From Methanotrichaceae archaeon (lineage in GTDB: Archaea > Halobacteriota > Methanosarcinia > Methanotrichales > Methanotrichaceae): a stretch of DNA of 64,000 bases. Both the position numbers and the translations under genes were made by a program. The notes beneath the pieces are model-generated. The model searched no databases, had not been told where the DNA came from, and saw only the letters and a list, made by a program, of their open reading frames with translations. The number at the start of each line of letters is the position of its first letter. Within the stretch, counting starts at the first letter, position 1. The stretch is taken from NCBI GenBank assembly GCA_963803145.1, contig CAWDLW010000024.1:1-64000 (forward strand), written 5' to 3'. Positions 9,682 to 21,636 of this stretch are shown here, piece after piece.

Positions 9682-12255
9682 ATGACCGCTGACAACCTCC
9701 ATCAAATGGTCTCCGAGCTTTCACAACGCTTAGAGGAGCTCCAGGCAAAGTGTGCGAGCAATCCAGCAAATGCAGCTGAAATCCTTTCCGACACTTTGGA
9801 GAGTCTTCAGTTCAGCCTGGAGGAGCTATCATCTGCAGATGAGGAGCTTATACAGCATAACGAGGAACTCCTGCATGTTCAATCAAAGTTGCAGGAAAGC
9901 GAATCCATTCTGCGAAGTTTTTTCGATAGCCAAGGAGTAATGCGAGGAATTGTCGAAGTAATTGATGATGATGAGGTTAGGCACATTGCCGATAATAAGG
10001 TTACTTCATGCTTTCTAGGATTGACCCCTGAGGCAATGAGGGGCAAGTTGGGCAGTGAACTAGGCGAACCAAAGGAAATATTGCGCACTTGGGTCGGCCA
10101 TTACAGGCAAAGCCAACTCACAGGGGAGCCGGTCAGCTTTGAATACCAGGATAAGCGGGGAGATAATGAGGCTTGGCTGTCTGCCACTGTCAGCTTTCTG
10201 GGGGCAGCACAGGAAGGAAGACCAAGGTTCTCCTATATCGTTAATGACATCACTGAGGGCAAGAAGACCGAACTTAATCTAAGAAGAACTAAGGAACGAT
10301 TAGAACTTGCTCAGAAGGCTGGACGGATAGGTATCTTCGAGTGGGATGGGACCATAACCAGCGATATTTCGATATCTGGGATGGACGTTGCCTATGGTAA
10401 TCCGCATCTGGGATTGATAAGCAATTACGAGAATTGGCGCAGATGCGTCCATCCAGATGATATCGGACAAGTGGAGAAGAAGCTAGCCGATTCCTTATCT
10501 AACAAAACCCCATTTTATATTGAATATCGCATTCTATGGCCTAATGGATCGGTTCATTGGATAGAGTCACGCGGAGTGGTGGAACACGATAATAAGAGCA
10601 GATTGGCACGAATAATTGGCGTAAACATGGACATTACCGAACGCAAGCACGCCGAAGAGGCACTGTGAGAGAGCGAGCGGCGCTTCCGCTTGGCGCTGCG
10701 CAACGCGCCCGTGTCCGTATCGGCACAGGATCACGACCTCCGATTTACCTGGGCATACAACCAGCGGACAGCACGACCTGAGGAGATCCTCGGCAAGTTC
10801 GACGCCGATATCTTCACGCCCGAGGATACAGAGCGTCTTACTATGATCAAGCGGCGTGTTCTCGAAGAGAACGCCGAGGTACGAGAGCAAATGTGGCTTG
10901 ATCGACCGAGCGGCCGAATGTTCCTCGATGTCTGCTTCGAGCCCATTCGTGACGAAGCTGGGAGGGCTATCGGCGTGGGAACAGCTACCGTCGATCTAAC
11001 GCCGATGAAGATTGCAGAGGAGGCGCTGAGTAAATCCAAGGACGAGCTAGAGTTGAGGGTCGCTGAGAGGACTGAAGATCTAACAAAAGCCAAAGAGGCC
11101 GCAGAGGCTGCATTCGAGGCCAAGGCTGCGTTCCTGGCGAATATGAGTCATGAGCTCAGGACACCCCTGAACGCTGTTATAGGCTTCTCCAGCCTTCTCC
11201 TGGATGATAACCTCACACAGGATCAGAAGGAGTATATCGAGAGAATCAAGACGGGCGGTGAAGCTCTCCTATCAATTATCAGCGATATTCTGGAGTTTTC
11301 CAGGGCAGAGAAGGAGAAAATAACGCTGGAACATCAGCCTATCAGCCTCAAGGCTTCCATCGAGGAGTCCCTGGATATGGTGGCAGTGCAAGCTGAGAAG
11401 AAGTGCCTGAACCTCGTTTATACCATTAGCTATGGCACTTCAGATATTATCATCGGTGATCCTGGCAGGCTTCGACAGGTTCTAGTCAATTTGCTTAGTA
11501 ACGCTGTTAAGTTTACCGACGAAGGGGATATATCGGTATCTGTTTCCTCAAAAATTATTGAGGGCAATAAGCGCATAATAACTTTTGCAGTCAAGGATAC
11601 AGGCATTGGCATGCCCCAGGATAAGATGGACAGGCTTTTCAAGCCCTTTACCCAGCTTGAGTACGTAATAAGCCGCAAGCGTGATGGTGCTGGGCTTGGA
11701 CTCGCCATATGCAAGGAGCTTGTGGAACTCATGGGCGGAAAGATCTGGGCCGAAAGCGAGGAAGGTAAGGGTTCTATTTTCAGATTCACTATTCCCGTAG
11801 AGACAGTCCCAGGAAAGCAGTTAGATCTAGCTGGAAAAGATAAAGCTGAGTATGAAAACCTCTCGGCTCAAAAGCCACTAAGCATCCTTGTAGCTGAAGA
11901 TAACCCTTCAAACCAGAAGGTGCTCGTTGAAATGCTTAAGCGATTGGGCTACAGGCCAGATGCTGTTGCTGATGGTGTCGAGGTTCTGCAGGCACTGCAA
12001 ATCCGTCCTTATGACCTGATATTCATGGATATCAGGATGCCAGAGATGGATGGGCTAACTGCCACCAGGGAGATACGAAAGCTTTGGCCCGATAATGGGC
12101 CGAAGGTCGTAGCTATCACTGCCTTTGCAATGGACGGCGATCGGGAGTTGTGCCTGGAAGCTGGTATGGATGATTACATCGCTAAGCCTGTGAAAGTAGA
12201 TGATCTCGTAACGCTATTGCGCAATATTACTCCCTCGCCCAAGAATAAAATTTAG
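9682..12255 (+). pseudogene. PAS-domain hybrid sensor histidine kinase/response regulator interrupted by one in-frame TGA (10666-10668)
   Basis: ORFs 9682..10668 and 10690..12255 share a frame and read KHAEEAL*ESERRFRLALR. H-box MSHELRTPLN, N/G boxes and a receiver (AEDN, MDIRMP, AKP) are present. Confidence 0.8.
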
Positions 12256-12401
12256 AAAATAAAATGATGCAAAGGCAAGATTGGCTAATAATGAATGTAT
12301 ATCCTAATGCTATCTATTTCTTACTTGTAAGGATCACGTAACACGATAATCTCACCATCCAAGATTGGCAACCTATTAATAGATCCGGTCATATAATATA
12401 A

Positions 12402-13361
12402 TTGTTGAAATCGGATAGGGCTGTCATCACTACTGCTATCAGGATCCTGATAGGGCTGGCATTAATATCCTTTATAGTATACTCCTTCAATCCAAAAGCG
12501 ACATTGTCCATGATGCTTTCTGCGAGACCCTACTATCTGGCCCTTGCTGTAATTCTCTATCCTTTTATGATGCTCATCTATACCTTTCGGTGGAAGTTCA
12601 TATTATCAATGATGGGAGACCATCTGCCTCTGCCTGTCGCCTACCAGGCCATAACAGGCTGTGCCTTAATATCAGACTTCACTCCAGGCAGGCTTGGCGA
12701 TTTTCTTAAGCCCTTGCTTGTAAAGGATATAATCCATCTGAATAAAGGTATGGCATCTGTCGTTATAGATCATTATGCGGATTCTCTGACAGGGGTGCTT
12801 CTCGGAGCCACAGGCTTATTGGCAATACCGCATAGATGGAGTCTATATCTTATAGCTGGAGTTTTTGCTCTTCTTATAATGCTCTCGATCATGTCGCTCT
12901 TATGGGTGAAGAGGGATCTGATTGTAAGAGCCGCCAAGTGGACTCGGCACGAGGGAGCGATAGCATCCATGCAATCATTTTGCGATGCGATAGGATGCAT
13001 AAAGAATGCATCAAAGCTTCTGGCCACAGCCATCGCTATCAGCCTCGTTATTTGGGTTCCTTATGCGTTGAGGATATTTTTTATAACAAAATCCCTTGGC
13101 TATGAAACACCTGTTTATATGATCTTCTTTTTGCTGCCGCTGATCGCTATGCTCTCTGCGCTGCCTATCACAATCTCAGGACTAGGCCTTGTAGAGGGTG
13201 GAATGATAGCGCTCATGGTTATGCTCGGCTTGCCTGCATCTGTAGGTATTTCTGTGGCACTGATGGATAGATTCATGGCAATGGGCGTGAACGCCCTTAT
13301 AGGAGGGCGCTATGCTGCAAGGCTTCTACGAACGAATCCAGCTCACTTTAAGCAAAGTTGA
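12402..13361 (+). CDS. Lysylphosphatidylglycerol synthase TM-domain membrane protein (paralog of 8455..9378)
   Basis: TPGRLGDFLK and LPITISGLGLVEGG motifs; clear similarity to the upstream paralog. Confidence 0.85.
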   Translation: MLKSDRAVITTAIRILIGLALISFIVYSFNPKATLSMMLSARPYYLALAVILYPFMMLIYTFRWKFILSMMGDHLPLPVAYQAITGCALISDFTPGRLGDFLKPLLVKDIIHLNKGMASVVIDHYADSLTGVLLGATGLLAIPHRWSLYLIAGVFALLIMLSIMSLLWVKRDLIVRAAKWTRHEGAIASMQSFCDAIGCIKNASKLLATAIAISLVIWVPYALRIFFITKSLGYETPVYMIFFLLPLIAMLSALPITISGLGLVEGGMIALMVMLGLPASVGISVALMDRFMAMGVNALIGGRYAARLLRTNPAHFKQS

Positions 13362-14612
13362 TACCCCTCTTCAAACTCTCTTTAAAACAAACTAATTCTA
13401 TCAATTTAATTTAAATTTACTTAGAAATTTTAACTTTGATTAGAAAACAAATTATGGGTCTTGATTTGATCTGGAATTAAACTTTCAATAGTTAATTTTA
13501 AGTAATTTGGGCGCTTATAACTAGGTTGCACCACCAAAGGAAGGTATTATTGATGTTATCTCCTCTGATTCCTAATTATAAGCACCCAAAATGGATAATA
13601 GTGCTCAAAATACTTGAAATTATCGGATCTCAGCTATCTAGGAAAATTGCATCCAAGTTAAAAATATATGATATAGATAATTTCGTATTAGCAATAAAAA
13701 TTATAGTCCTATCAAGCTTGTTTGAAAGAGATATTTCCTCTATAATTTCAGAAATAAATATGAATTTAGAGTTACAAAAGCTATTGGATATTGATTCAAC
13801 GATAAATGCGCAAAAAGTCTATAAATCTATGTTTGATTTAAGTTATGACTCATTGTTCCATTTTTTTAGCAAAACATTCCAGTCTGAACGCCGTAAAAGA
13901 GATAAAAAGCAAAGAACTATAATTATTGATACCTCTCCAATCGTAATTGACCTTAATATTTGGAGAAACAAGGATAAAATAGGTAAGAAGAATAAAAAAT
14001 ATAAATGGTCTTATTACCCTTCCATAGGCTATTTCGTAGGATTTAAATTAATTTTGGCTATAGATCTTGATGACAATCTTATTGGATTTGAAATTCATAA
14101 AGATTGTCCTAATGATTCAAAAATACTTATTCCTTTTGTAGAAAGGCTTTTCAATTCAAGAAAAATACATTCAGGCGATTTAATCATCTGTGATAAAGGC
14201 TTTACGTCAAAAAAGAATTATCATGCGTTAATCAATCAATTTTACTTGATTCCGATTATTTATCCAAGGAATAACACCAATTTAGATCAAATAATTTACG
14301 AACTTAATCCGCCTTTAGATGCATTTTCTCACAATAAATATAAATTAGAAAAATGGATTCATATTGTTAACGAATTTAAGAATTTAATCTATCAATGGAA
14401 GAGTTTTAAGTATTATAGGCTTGAAATAGAAGTTTTCTTCAATATAGCTAAAAATACCTTAGGATTGAACAAAATACATCAATATACACAGCCTAGTGTC
14501 GAAAAAAAGGTTGTCCCAATAGTTTTCTTAGCTACAAAGTTAGTTTCTTTAGCGAATTCTCTAAATATCGGAAAAAAGGCTATACCTTCCTGGTAGGTCA
14601 CGAAGAGGGGTA
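13362..14612 (+). mobile_element. Insertion sequence, DDE transposase (ISM1-like/ISNCY, family tentative), copy A
   Basis: Terminal IRs TACCCCTCTTC (13362-13372) and GAAGAGGGGTA (14602-14612). AT-rich. Near-identical inverted copy at 48720..49970. Confidence 0.9.
13526..14596 (+). CDS. DDE transposase
   Basis: IIIDTS / ICDKGF / IEVFF catalytic triad, inside IRs. Confidence 0.9.
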   Translation: MHHQRKVLLMLSPLIPNYKHPKWIIVLKILEIIGSQLSRKIASKLKIYDIDNFVLAIKIIVLSSLFERDISSIISEINMNLELQKLLDIDSTINAQKVYKSMFDLSYDSLFHFFSKTFQSERRKRDKKQRTIIIDTSPIVIDLNIWRNKDKIGKKNKKYKWSYYPSIGYFVGFKLILAIDLDDNLIGFEIHKDCPNDSKILIPFVERLFNSRKIHSGDLIICDKGFTSKKNYHALINQFYLIPIIYPRNNTNLDQIIYELNPPLDAFSHNKYKLEKWIHIVNEFKNLIYQWKSFKYYRLEIEVFFNIAKNTLGLNKIHQYTQPSVEKKVVPIVFLATKLVSLANSLNIGKKAIPSW

Positions 14613-14662
14613 ATAACGCCATATTGCGCTTTAAATTTGTAGTAATTACCTTCTCTGCCAAA

Positions 14663-16123
14663 TTATATTGCCCTGTTGCTGATCTTCCCAGGAAAACCAA
14701 GATATTCTAGCGTCCTGTTCCTTATCCTGATCATATCCCTGGTGAGTGCATCCCCTCCTCCCACACGCTCGACATAATTCAGGGAGAATGCCAGGCGGTC
14801 ATTGATGCTGATGCCCGCAATAAAGAGGGGAAAGGCCTCGCTTGCAGGAGCCACGAAGAACATACGGTCAAGCCTAAGGTTTCCATAATCCTCGGGAAAA
14901 TACAGCCGTCCGATGTTTGAGAATATGGTTCCAGGAAGATTATAAACAGCATTGCTGCAAAGTTCAAAAGCTATGTTCTTCCTATCCTGGGCAAATCGCG
15001 AGAGGTTTTCGGTCTGATTGAAAGCCTCCGGGAGTAGATTCACATAAGGTGCACAGTTGGTGAAGGCGTCCACAAGCGTCGGATCGAATGGTTCCATATC
15101 AATAGCAGAGGTATCAAGAATCTCAGCTCTTTCCCTGATGATCTCCTGCAGCTCCTGAGCATTTTTCCAGAAGGATCTTTGGGAGTCATAGGCAAATGGA
15201 AATTTGAATGCCCCTACAAAGAAGCCCAGGAAATCTCCTGGATTTACTCCGAGGCGCCTTCGCAGGTCAAAGGGCACCTGAATGGTCCTTCTATTCTCTG
15301 GAAGCTGGCCTCTGACCTCCTGGTATGCAGCGAGGAATGCCGCTGTCAATGCTGAGGTTACTGTCGCCCCGTTCTCCCGGCACCTGGCAACCAGGTCTAG
15401 TGTTTCCTCTGGCTCTAGCTGAAGAATTACTATTTCATGCTTGACCGTTCTGGCGAGGGCGGCATAGATGGTGCAAAAATCTTCTTGGGCAAAATAATAA
15501 GGGCTCTTTCGCCATTGATCGTTAAATTGATCAATGGCAGCTTTATCTATAGATTCTGAAGAGAAATTTCCATGAATCTTCAGATAATCGGTGGTTGCAG
15601 GCGGATGAATAGCCAGTCCCCCAACGACAGGATTTGCATAGCTGGCAAGTATGTCACGGAACAGGTTTGCCAGGGATATCCCGTCGCAGATGCTATGCTG
15701 AGAAAAGGCGATAAGCTCTGAGACCTCCTTGGAATACACGAGCACAAACCTTATCAGAGGACCCCTAACAGGCTCAAAAGGCACGAGGTACTCCTGCCTA
15801 ACCTCTTCGAACCACTGCTTTTCAGAGGTCCTTGGTACAGTTCGCAATGTCGGTTTTTGGGCATGATCAGTTGAGAACCAGATATCATGATGACCATCAA
15901 TAACCACTCTGGCGCCCATGAGGGGATGCACTGCTGCGACTAAATCTATCGCTCTCCCAAGGTAATCCTCCCGGACATCTCCTTGGATACGGGCGACTGC
16001 TGCGAGATTATTTTCTGAGCTCCATAATAGATACCGCTCGAAATTGGTGAGCCGTCTCAGGCATCCCGGGATATCCATGCCATTGTTGTTCCCTTCACTC
16101 TGGTTCATTCCATCATCAATCAT
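14663..16123 (-). CDS. Stand-alone condensation-domain/alcohol acyltransferase (PapA5/ATF-like)
   Basis: HSICDGIS (HxxxDG) motif, HPLMGARV, PFDLRRRL and SNIG. Confidence 0.75.
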   Translation of the reverse strand: MIDDGMNQSEGNNNGMDIPGCLRRLTNFERYLLWSSENNLAAVARIQGDVREDYLGRAIDLVAAVHPLMGARVVIDGHHDIWFSTDHAQKPTLRTVPRTSEKQWFEEVRQEYLVPFEPVRGPLIRFVLVYSKEVSELIAFSQHSICDGISLANLFRDILASYANPVVGGLAIHPPATTDYLKIHGNFSSESIDKAAIDQFNDQWRKSPYYFAQEDFCTIYAALARTVKHEIVILQLEPEETLDLVARCRENGATVTSALTAAFLAAYQEVRGQLPENRRTIQVPFDLRRRLGVNPGDFLGFFVGAFKFPFAYDSQRSFWKNAQELQEIIRERAEILDTSAIDMEPFDPTLVDAFTNCAPYVNLLPEAFNQTENLSRFAQDRKNIAFELCSNAVYNLPGTIFSNIGRLYFPEDYGNLRLDRMFFVAPASEAFPLFIAGISINDRLAFSLNYVERVGGGDALTRDMIRIRNRTLEYLGFPGKISNRAI

Positions 16124-18055
16124 CCATCATCCATCGTCATTTATCCATTATTAGCCTGGCCTTCAAGCCTGTTGTGATTATTCTATTATTCCTTCTTAAG
16201 GCATAAGCCTGAGGTCATTTTCCCCTAAGACCTAAAAGAAGGGCAATCCCAGGCTCCTGGAGCTTCTGCGGACAAGGAAGTACTGGCTGAGATATTCTAC
16301 ACTAGACCTATGGATATTGAAGAAATAATCTGCTGCAGGCTTGAGGGAAGTGGATTGAATGCAGAGCAAATTCCTGTGATTGATGGCCTGCAATCTCATC
16401 AACCTGGTGAGTGTAGCCATGGGCAGGGGCTTTGAAAGCGAGAAATTGGACGTGAAGGATGTTGTGGCTGGATGGCTGAAGGCTTCAGAGGCGCAGAACA
16501 GGGAGTACCAGATCTACAGATAGATGATTGCCGAAATAGCCAGAAACATTCAAGCTAGGCATCTTATGGTCTTGCTTCTGTGGGAGGTGGGAGTGTTTTC
16601 GATATCGTTGGAACTTATGAAAATGTAAAATATCATGTTGATGGTTCCTAAAAAATTTTGATTATTGAAGATTGATATAGATATCGCAACTCTTTCAAAT
16701 ATGCGGAGAGCATGATTTATATGGACGGAGTTACTGAACACAAGAGTGTGAGCTGGCAAATTATACCATACTTCTTCCCATTACTTGCCTCTGCAGCAAT
16801 TTCGTTAGCCATTGCTTTCTATGCGTGGTATCATAGGAAAACGTCTGGAATAGTTGCTTTGACATTTCTGATGCTTACTATTGCCATATGGTCAATTGCG
16901 TATGCATTGGAGCTTAGCTCAAATGAACTTCAACTAAAACTGGTCTTCACAGATATAGAGTATATAGGCATAACTCTTTTGCCTGTTGCTTGGCTGGCAT
17001 TAGCGCTAGAATTCTCAGGTCGTGATCATTGGCTATCTCTTAGAAAAATCGGTCTCCTTACAATAATACCCGTAGTAACAATGGTATTGGTCTGGACGAA
17101 TAATTATCATGGTCTGATCTACAAAGATGCTTCGGTCGATTTCAGCCAGGGATATCCTGCCCTCGAAATAGTTCAAGGACAATGGTATTGGGTCAATGTA
17201 GCATATTCCTATGCTCTTGTTTTGATGGCCACGCTATTGGTAATTGAGACATTTATCCGCTCTACCAAACCCTACAGAAAACAGGCATCGATTCTACTAA
17301 TAGGGGCTCTGATCCCCTGGATTGCCAATTTAGCGTACATGACAGGATGGCATCCTTTTCCCCATTTAGACACTACCCCATTGGCGTTTCTATTCACTGG
17401 ACTGGCCATGGCTATCGGATTATTTTATTTTGGGCTTCTGGATATAATGCCCGTAGCAAGAAATATTGTTATAGAAAATATGTCTGAAGGCATCATAGTC
17501 TTGGATGATAATAACCGCATTCTAGACATGAACTCTGCTGCCCTCAATATGACTAGGCTGAATCTCAATCAATCAATTGGGCAGCCTGCAACCAGTCTTC
17601 TCTCTTCGATGCTAGCACCGATAGAGAATCTATTGAGGCCATCCGACGGTCGTGTTGAAGCCCCTATGGAAAAAGAAGTAATAGCTGAAAGAGATAGTCG
17701 ATATTATAATCTTAGCGTATCTCCCATCTATGGAATGAGAGGCGAATTAAAGGCTCGGGTCTTGCTGATTCAGGACATTACATCTCGAAAGAAGGCGGAG
17801 ATTCGGCTTAAAGAGAGCGAAGAGACTGCGCTTACCCTGCTAAATGCACCTCTGGATGCAGCATATCTCCTGGATGAAAAGGGGATTTTTTTAGGATTAA
17901 GTGACGCAGGGGCACGCAGTCTTGGAAAGAATATCGAGGATCTTAGGGGTACTTATGCCTTTGATCTATTTTCGCCTGATGTGCGCCAGAGGAGAAAGGA
18001 ATCCGTAGAGGACGTAGTGAAGTCAGGTAAGCCAATTCAATACGAAGATAAAAGA

Positions 18056-19453
18056 CTGTACTCTCCAAGTTTCTCACCAATTTATAATCTCCATTCTATA
18101 TCAAGTCATATCTTATATCCCTGTTCTTTGATTAGATAGAGTAAACCACTATCAGGAACTGGCAAATTAAAGTATTGTAATACATATATAAAGGCATCAA
18201 TGAATGCTTGAGCCTTTATACTATCTATCATATCTCCAATCGTTCTATTTTGTTGATTTCTTTCCACTGGTGGGTTTTTGAGTTCATATAAAACGATAGC
18301 TGTCCAGACTGAGAAAACCATCTGAATAAATCTTTCAATTGATCGTTTTCCTCTTAATTGATAATCCTTGAATCCCAATTTTTGATTTGACTCTCTATGA
18401 GCAGTCTCAATATCCCACCTATCCTCATAAATAGAAAGGATTTCTACCAAAGATAGTGAACAATTGGTGCTAATAAAGTAGTTGGCGTCACCATTTTTCT
18501 TTTTCTTTGAGATGACTAGCTTTACTTTGCCAATCTTATCTAAGATGACTTCTTTTTCGATTGCATAATATACCTTCTTCTTGCCGCGAACTTGGACTGT
18601 AGTTCTTCTATAATAAATTTCGTCAATCTGATTTGCCAAGTCCCTGACCTGAAAGGACATATCCTTATTTATCCATACCTTTTTATCAGACTTAATTTCA
18701 CAAACGACTTGATGACCTAAGTTCAGGCATTTAGTTATAAAATCAGCAGAAAACCACCAGCTGTCGAAAACAACATAAAGACTCAAGCCTTTTGGTATTT
18801 TTAAGGGCTCGATGATATCTTTATAAGCGATTTCTATTTTAGTCATGAAATCTTCACTGCTGTCTATCTCTTTAGTATACATTTTTGCTTTATGTGGTAT
18901 AAATATACCTCTAGATTGGAGGACTGAGGTAACAAAGTTGTTACCCATAATATAGTCATCTTTGCAATGATCGTAAAACTTGCCCACGCCATCAGTACAT
19001 TTCCCTTCCTTTTCATTATATGTATCGTCTATAATTAATAATATTTTGTCGCTTGCACTTAACTGAAGAGCTTCTATAAATAGATCCGCACTGCGCTGAG
19101 CTACTTCGTTCTCATCCCAGATTGCATCACTAAAGAACCAATTATAGGAAGAGCGTGATTTCGTACATTCTCGATCCTTTGCCATAGCATCACTAAGGTG
19201 TGCGATGGTCTTAGATTTATCACATACGCTCAGTGCTGAAATCATATCACAGAAAGAATTATAGCTCGGTATGGTGAATAAATCTTTAAATTCTTTTAGA
19301 AATGGCTCTAACTGTAATGGAATCTTAACTAATTTGATCATGACATAGTAAAATACTTTTATAAATAAATCTATTTTGTATCAAGAATTAATTTTAATGG
19401 TAAAAGAAAATATAGCTATAAATATAAAGCTATGAAAAAGTTGGAGAGTACAG
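18056..19453 (-). mobile_element. 1398-bp IS701-like insertion sequence, copy 1
   Basis: IRs CTGTACTCTCCAA / TTGGAGAGTACAG. 7-bp TSD TAAAAGA at 18049-18055 and 19454-19460. Confidence 0.93.
18106..19341 (-). CDS. IS701-like DDE transposase
   Basis: LLIIDDT, VFDSWW and RWDIETAHR motifs. Confidence 0.9.
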   Translation of the reverse strand: MIKLVKIPLQLEPFLKEFKDLFTIPSYNSFCDMISALSVCDKSKTIAHLSDAMAKDRECTKSRSSYNWFFSDAIWDENEVAQRSADLFIEALQLSASDKILLIIDDTYNEKEGKCTDGVGKFYDHCKDDYIMGNNFVTSVLQSRGIFIPHKAKMYTKEIDSSEDFMTKIEIAYKDIIEPLKIPKGLSLYVVFDSWWFSADFITKCLNLGHQVVCEIKSDKKVWINKDMSFQVRDLANQIDEIYYRRTTVQVRGKKKVYYAIEKEVILDKIGKVKLVISKKKKNGDANYFISTNCSLSLVEILSIYEDRWDIETAHRESNQKLGFKDYQLRGKRSIERFIQMVFSVWTAIVLYELKNPPVERNQQNRTIGDMIDSIKAQAFIDAFIYVLQYFNLPVPDSGLLYLIKEQGYKI

Positions 19454-21636
19454 TAAAAGAGATGAACGATATTTTAATAACTCAATTCTTCCAATCTTTA
19501 ATCAAGGGGGCAGGGTTACTAAGGTAGCAATATTTGCCAAAGATATCACAGAGCACAAGCATGCAGAAGAAGCTCTCCTTGAAAAAGATAGGCTGCTCAG
19601 CGCAATTGCAATTGGAACAAATCTTCTTCTCACTGAAAAGGATCGAGAGTATGCCATCAACCGGACTCTGGAGATTATTGGAGATGCCATAAGAGCAGAC
19701 TCAATTTTCATTTACGAGAACCATGATTCAGAAACAGGTGAGCATTTCGCAACTATAATCTATGAATGGCTCAAAGATAAATCCACCAACGATGAATCGA
19801 AAAACTCAAATAATTTTCCCTCTTTTCAAGAGTGGCCTTACTACCCAAAAATGTCCAGATGGCATCAGACCCTTTCATCTGGATACCCCATAAAAGGTGT
19901 TGTTCGAGAATTCCCTCAGTCTGAAAGGAGCATATTGGAGCTGAAGGGAATCGTATCGTTATTAGCCATCCCAATCTCTATTGATGAACGTTTCTGGGGA
20001 TTCGTACTTTTCAATGATTGCCATTCTGAACGAATGTGGGTTGGTATTGATGTATCTATTCTTCAAGCAGCAGCAGCTTCAATTGGCGGAGCTATCATGC
20101 GAAGCCACGCGGAAGACGGACTTAGAAAGGCAAAAGACATATCAGAATCTGCATCAAGAGCTAAATCCGATTTCCTGGCAAACATGAGCCATGAGATTAG
20201 GACGCCCTTAAATGCAGTTATTGGCCTGACTGGGCTACTTCTACAAACAGATTTAAATCAGGAGCAGAAAGACTATTTGGAGACTATTAGAAATAGTGGA
20301 AACTATTTGCTATCGGTGATAAATGATATCTTGGATTTCTCAAAGATCGATCTTGGAAAAATGGAGCTAGAAAAACAGCCTTTCAATCTTAGAATACGCA
20401 TCAAGGAATCGCTTGATCTTATAGCTCCAAAGGCTTCTGAAAAAGGAATTAATTTGTCTTTTGATATAGATCCAAGCACTCCGGAAATTATTGTAGGCGA
20501 CCTTACTAGACTCCGCCAGGTCCTGGTTAATCTCCTCAACAACGCTGTTAAATTCACGGGCAAGGGGGAAGTAACGATATCGGTAATCAGCCAAAAGCGT
20601 AGTGGCGGAGACTACGAAATCCATTATGCCATTAAGGATACAGGGATAGGAATACCTCAAGAGAAGATGAGCCAATTGTTTCAGTCCTTTAGCCAGGTGG
20701 ACCCATCAATTACTCGAAAATATGGAGGTACAGGTCTTGGCCTAGCTATAAGCAAGAGATTAGTGGAATTGATGAATGGGACGATTTGGGTCGAATCAGA
20801 TGTAGGCAAGGGATCGGTATTCCACTTCACAATAATTGCAGAGGAAGCAACCGAGAGTCAGATAGAAGCCATGAAGCACGATCACGAGTCTATAACTATA
20901 TCACCGCTGATCGATCAATATGCATTACGCATATTATTGGCTGAGGATAACCCAGTCAATCAGAAGGTAGCTCTACAGATGCTCAAGAAGATAGGTTACA
21001 AAGCTGATATAGCTGCGAATGGAAAAGAAGTATTATCTGCCCTGGAACGCCAGTCTTATGATATAATTCTCATGGATGTGCAGATGCCGGAAATGGATGG
21101 TCTGGAAGCTGCCAAAAGAATACGCGAGCGGAGCGATAGGCCGAAGATCATTGCAATGACAGCCTTTGCTCTTAAAGGCGATATGGATAGATGTCTTGAT
21201 GCAGGGATGGATGATTACATAAGCAAGCCTATACAGCTGGAGGAGCTTCGGAATAAGCTTATCAAATGGGGAATGAACAGCAAAACGCCCGTTGTTTATT
21301 CGTAAACTGTGTGGAATTCCAATCTCCCGCACGCAATCATAGATATCCTACATGATCTCTGTTTTATTATCGTGGATCGTCTTCTTATCAAATTCATACT
21401 GCACACACATGATATTTTTGATCTCAGCCCTGCCAGACCTCTAAGGGATATTGGCCTCGGGTATAAGATAGAATATGCGGATCTTCGATTGCTATTGCAG
21501 GGGCTGTATTGAACCTTGGGACTTGAGAAAATAGGCTCAAAACTATGGGCGCTAGCTATCCTCCCTGCTTCTACATCTCGGACAAACGCAAGAGGAAGCT
21601 CGAGGCCCTGAGCGACATGTGACACCAGACTGGATA

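Larger units (their letters stand above)
16712..21305 (+). pseudogene. HisKA_7TM-PAS-GAF hybrid histidine kinase/response regulator disrupted by an IS701-like element
   Basis: Removing 18056..19453 plus one TSD restores YEDKR-DERYFNNSILP...DITEHKHAEEALL, in frame into ORF 19851..21305 (MSHEIRTPLN, GGTGLGL, receiver domain). Confidence 0.9.

Noticed and set aside
10666-10668. Selenocysteine or recoded TGA in the hybrid kinase
   Set aside because: The position corresponds to Arg in an EEALRESE linker (CGA to TGA), not to a Cys site. Many genes in the window end normally at TGA.
16233-16570. Coding-like plus-strand stretch (…MACNLINLVSVAMGRGFESEKLDVKDVVAGWLK…) with several stops
   Set aside because: Probably a decayed gene, but no family is recognisable. 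The mixed TAA/TGA/TAG stops argue against recoding.
21296-21625. Short ORFs, and a minus-strand frame with several in-frame TAG codons (possible pyrrolysine)
   Set aside because: No recognisable protein, no pyl genes in view, and TAG terminates ordinary genes here. Likely a remnant.
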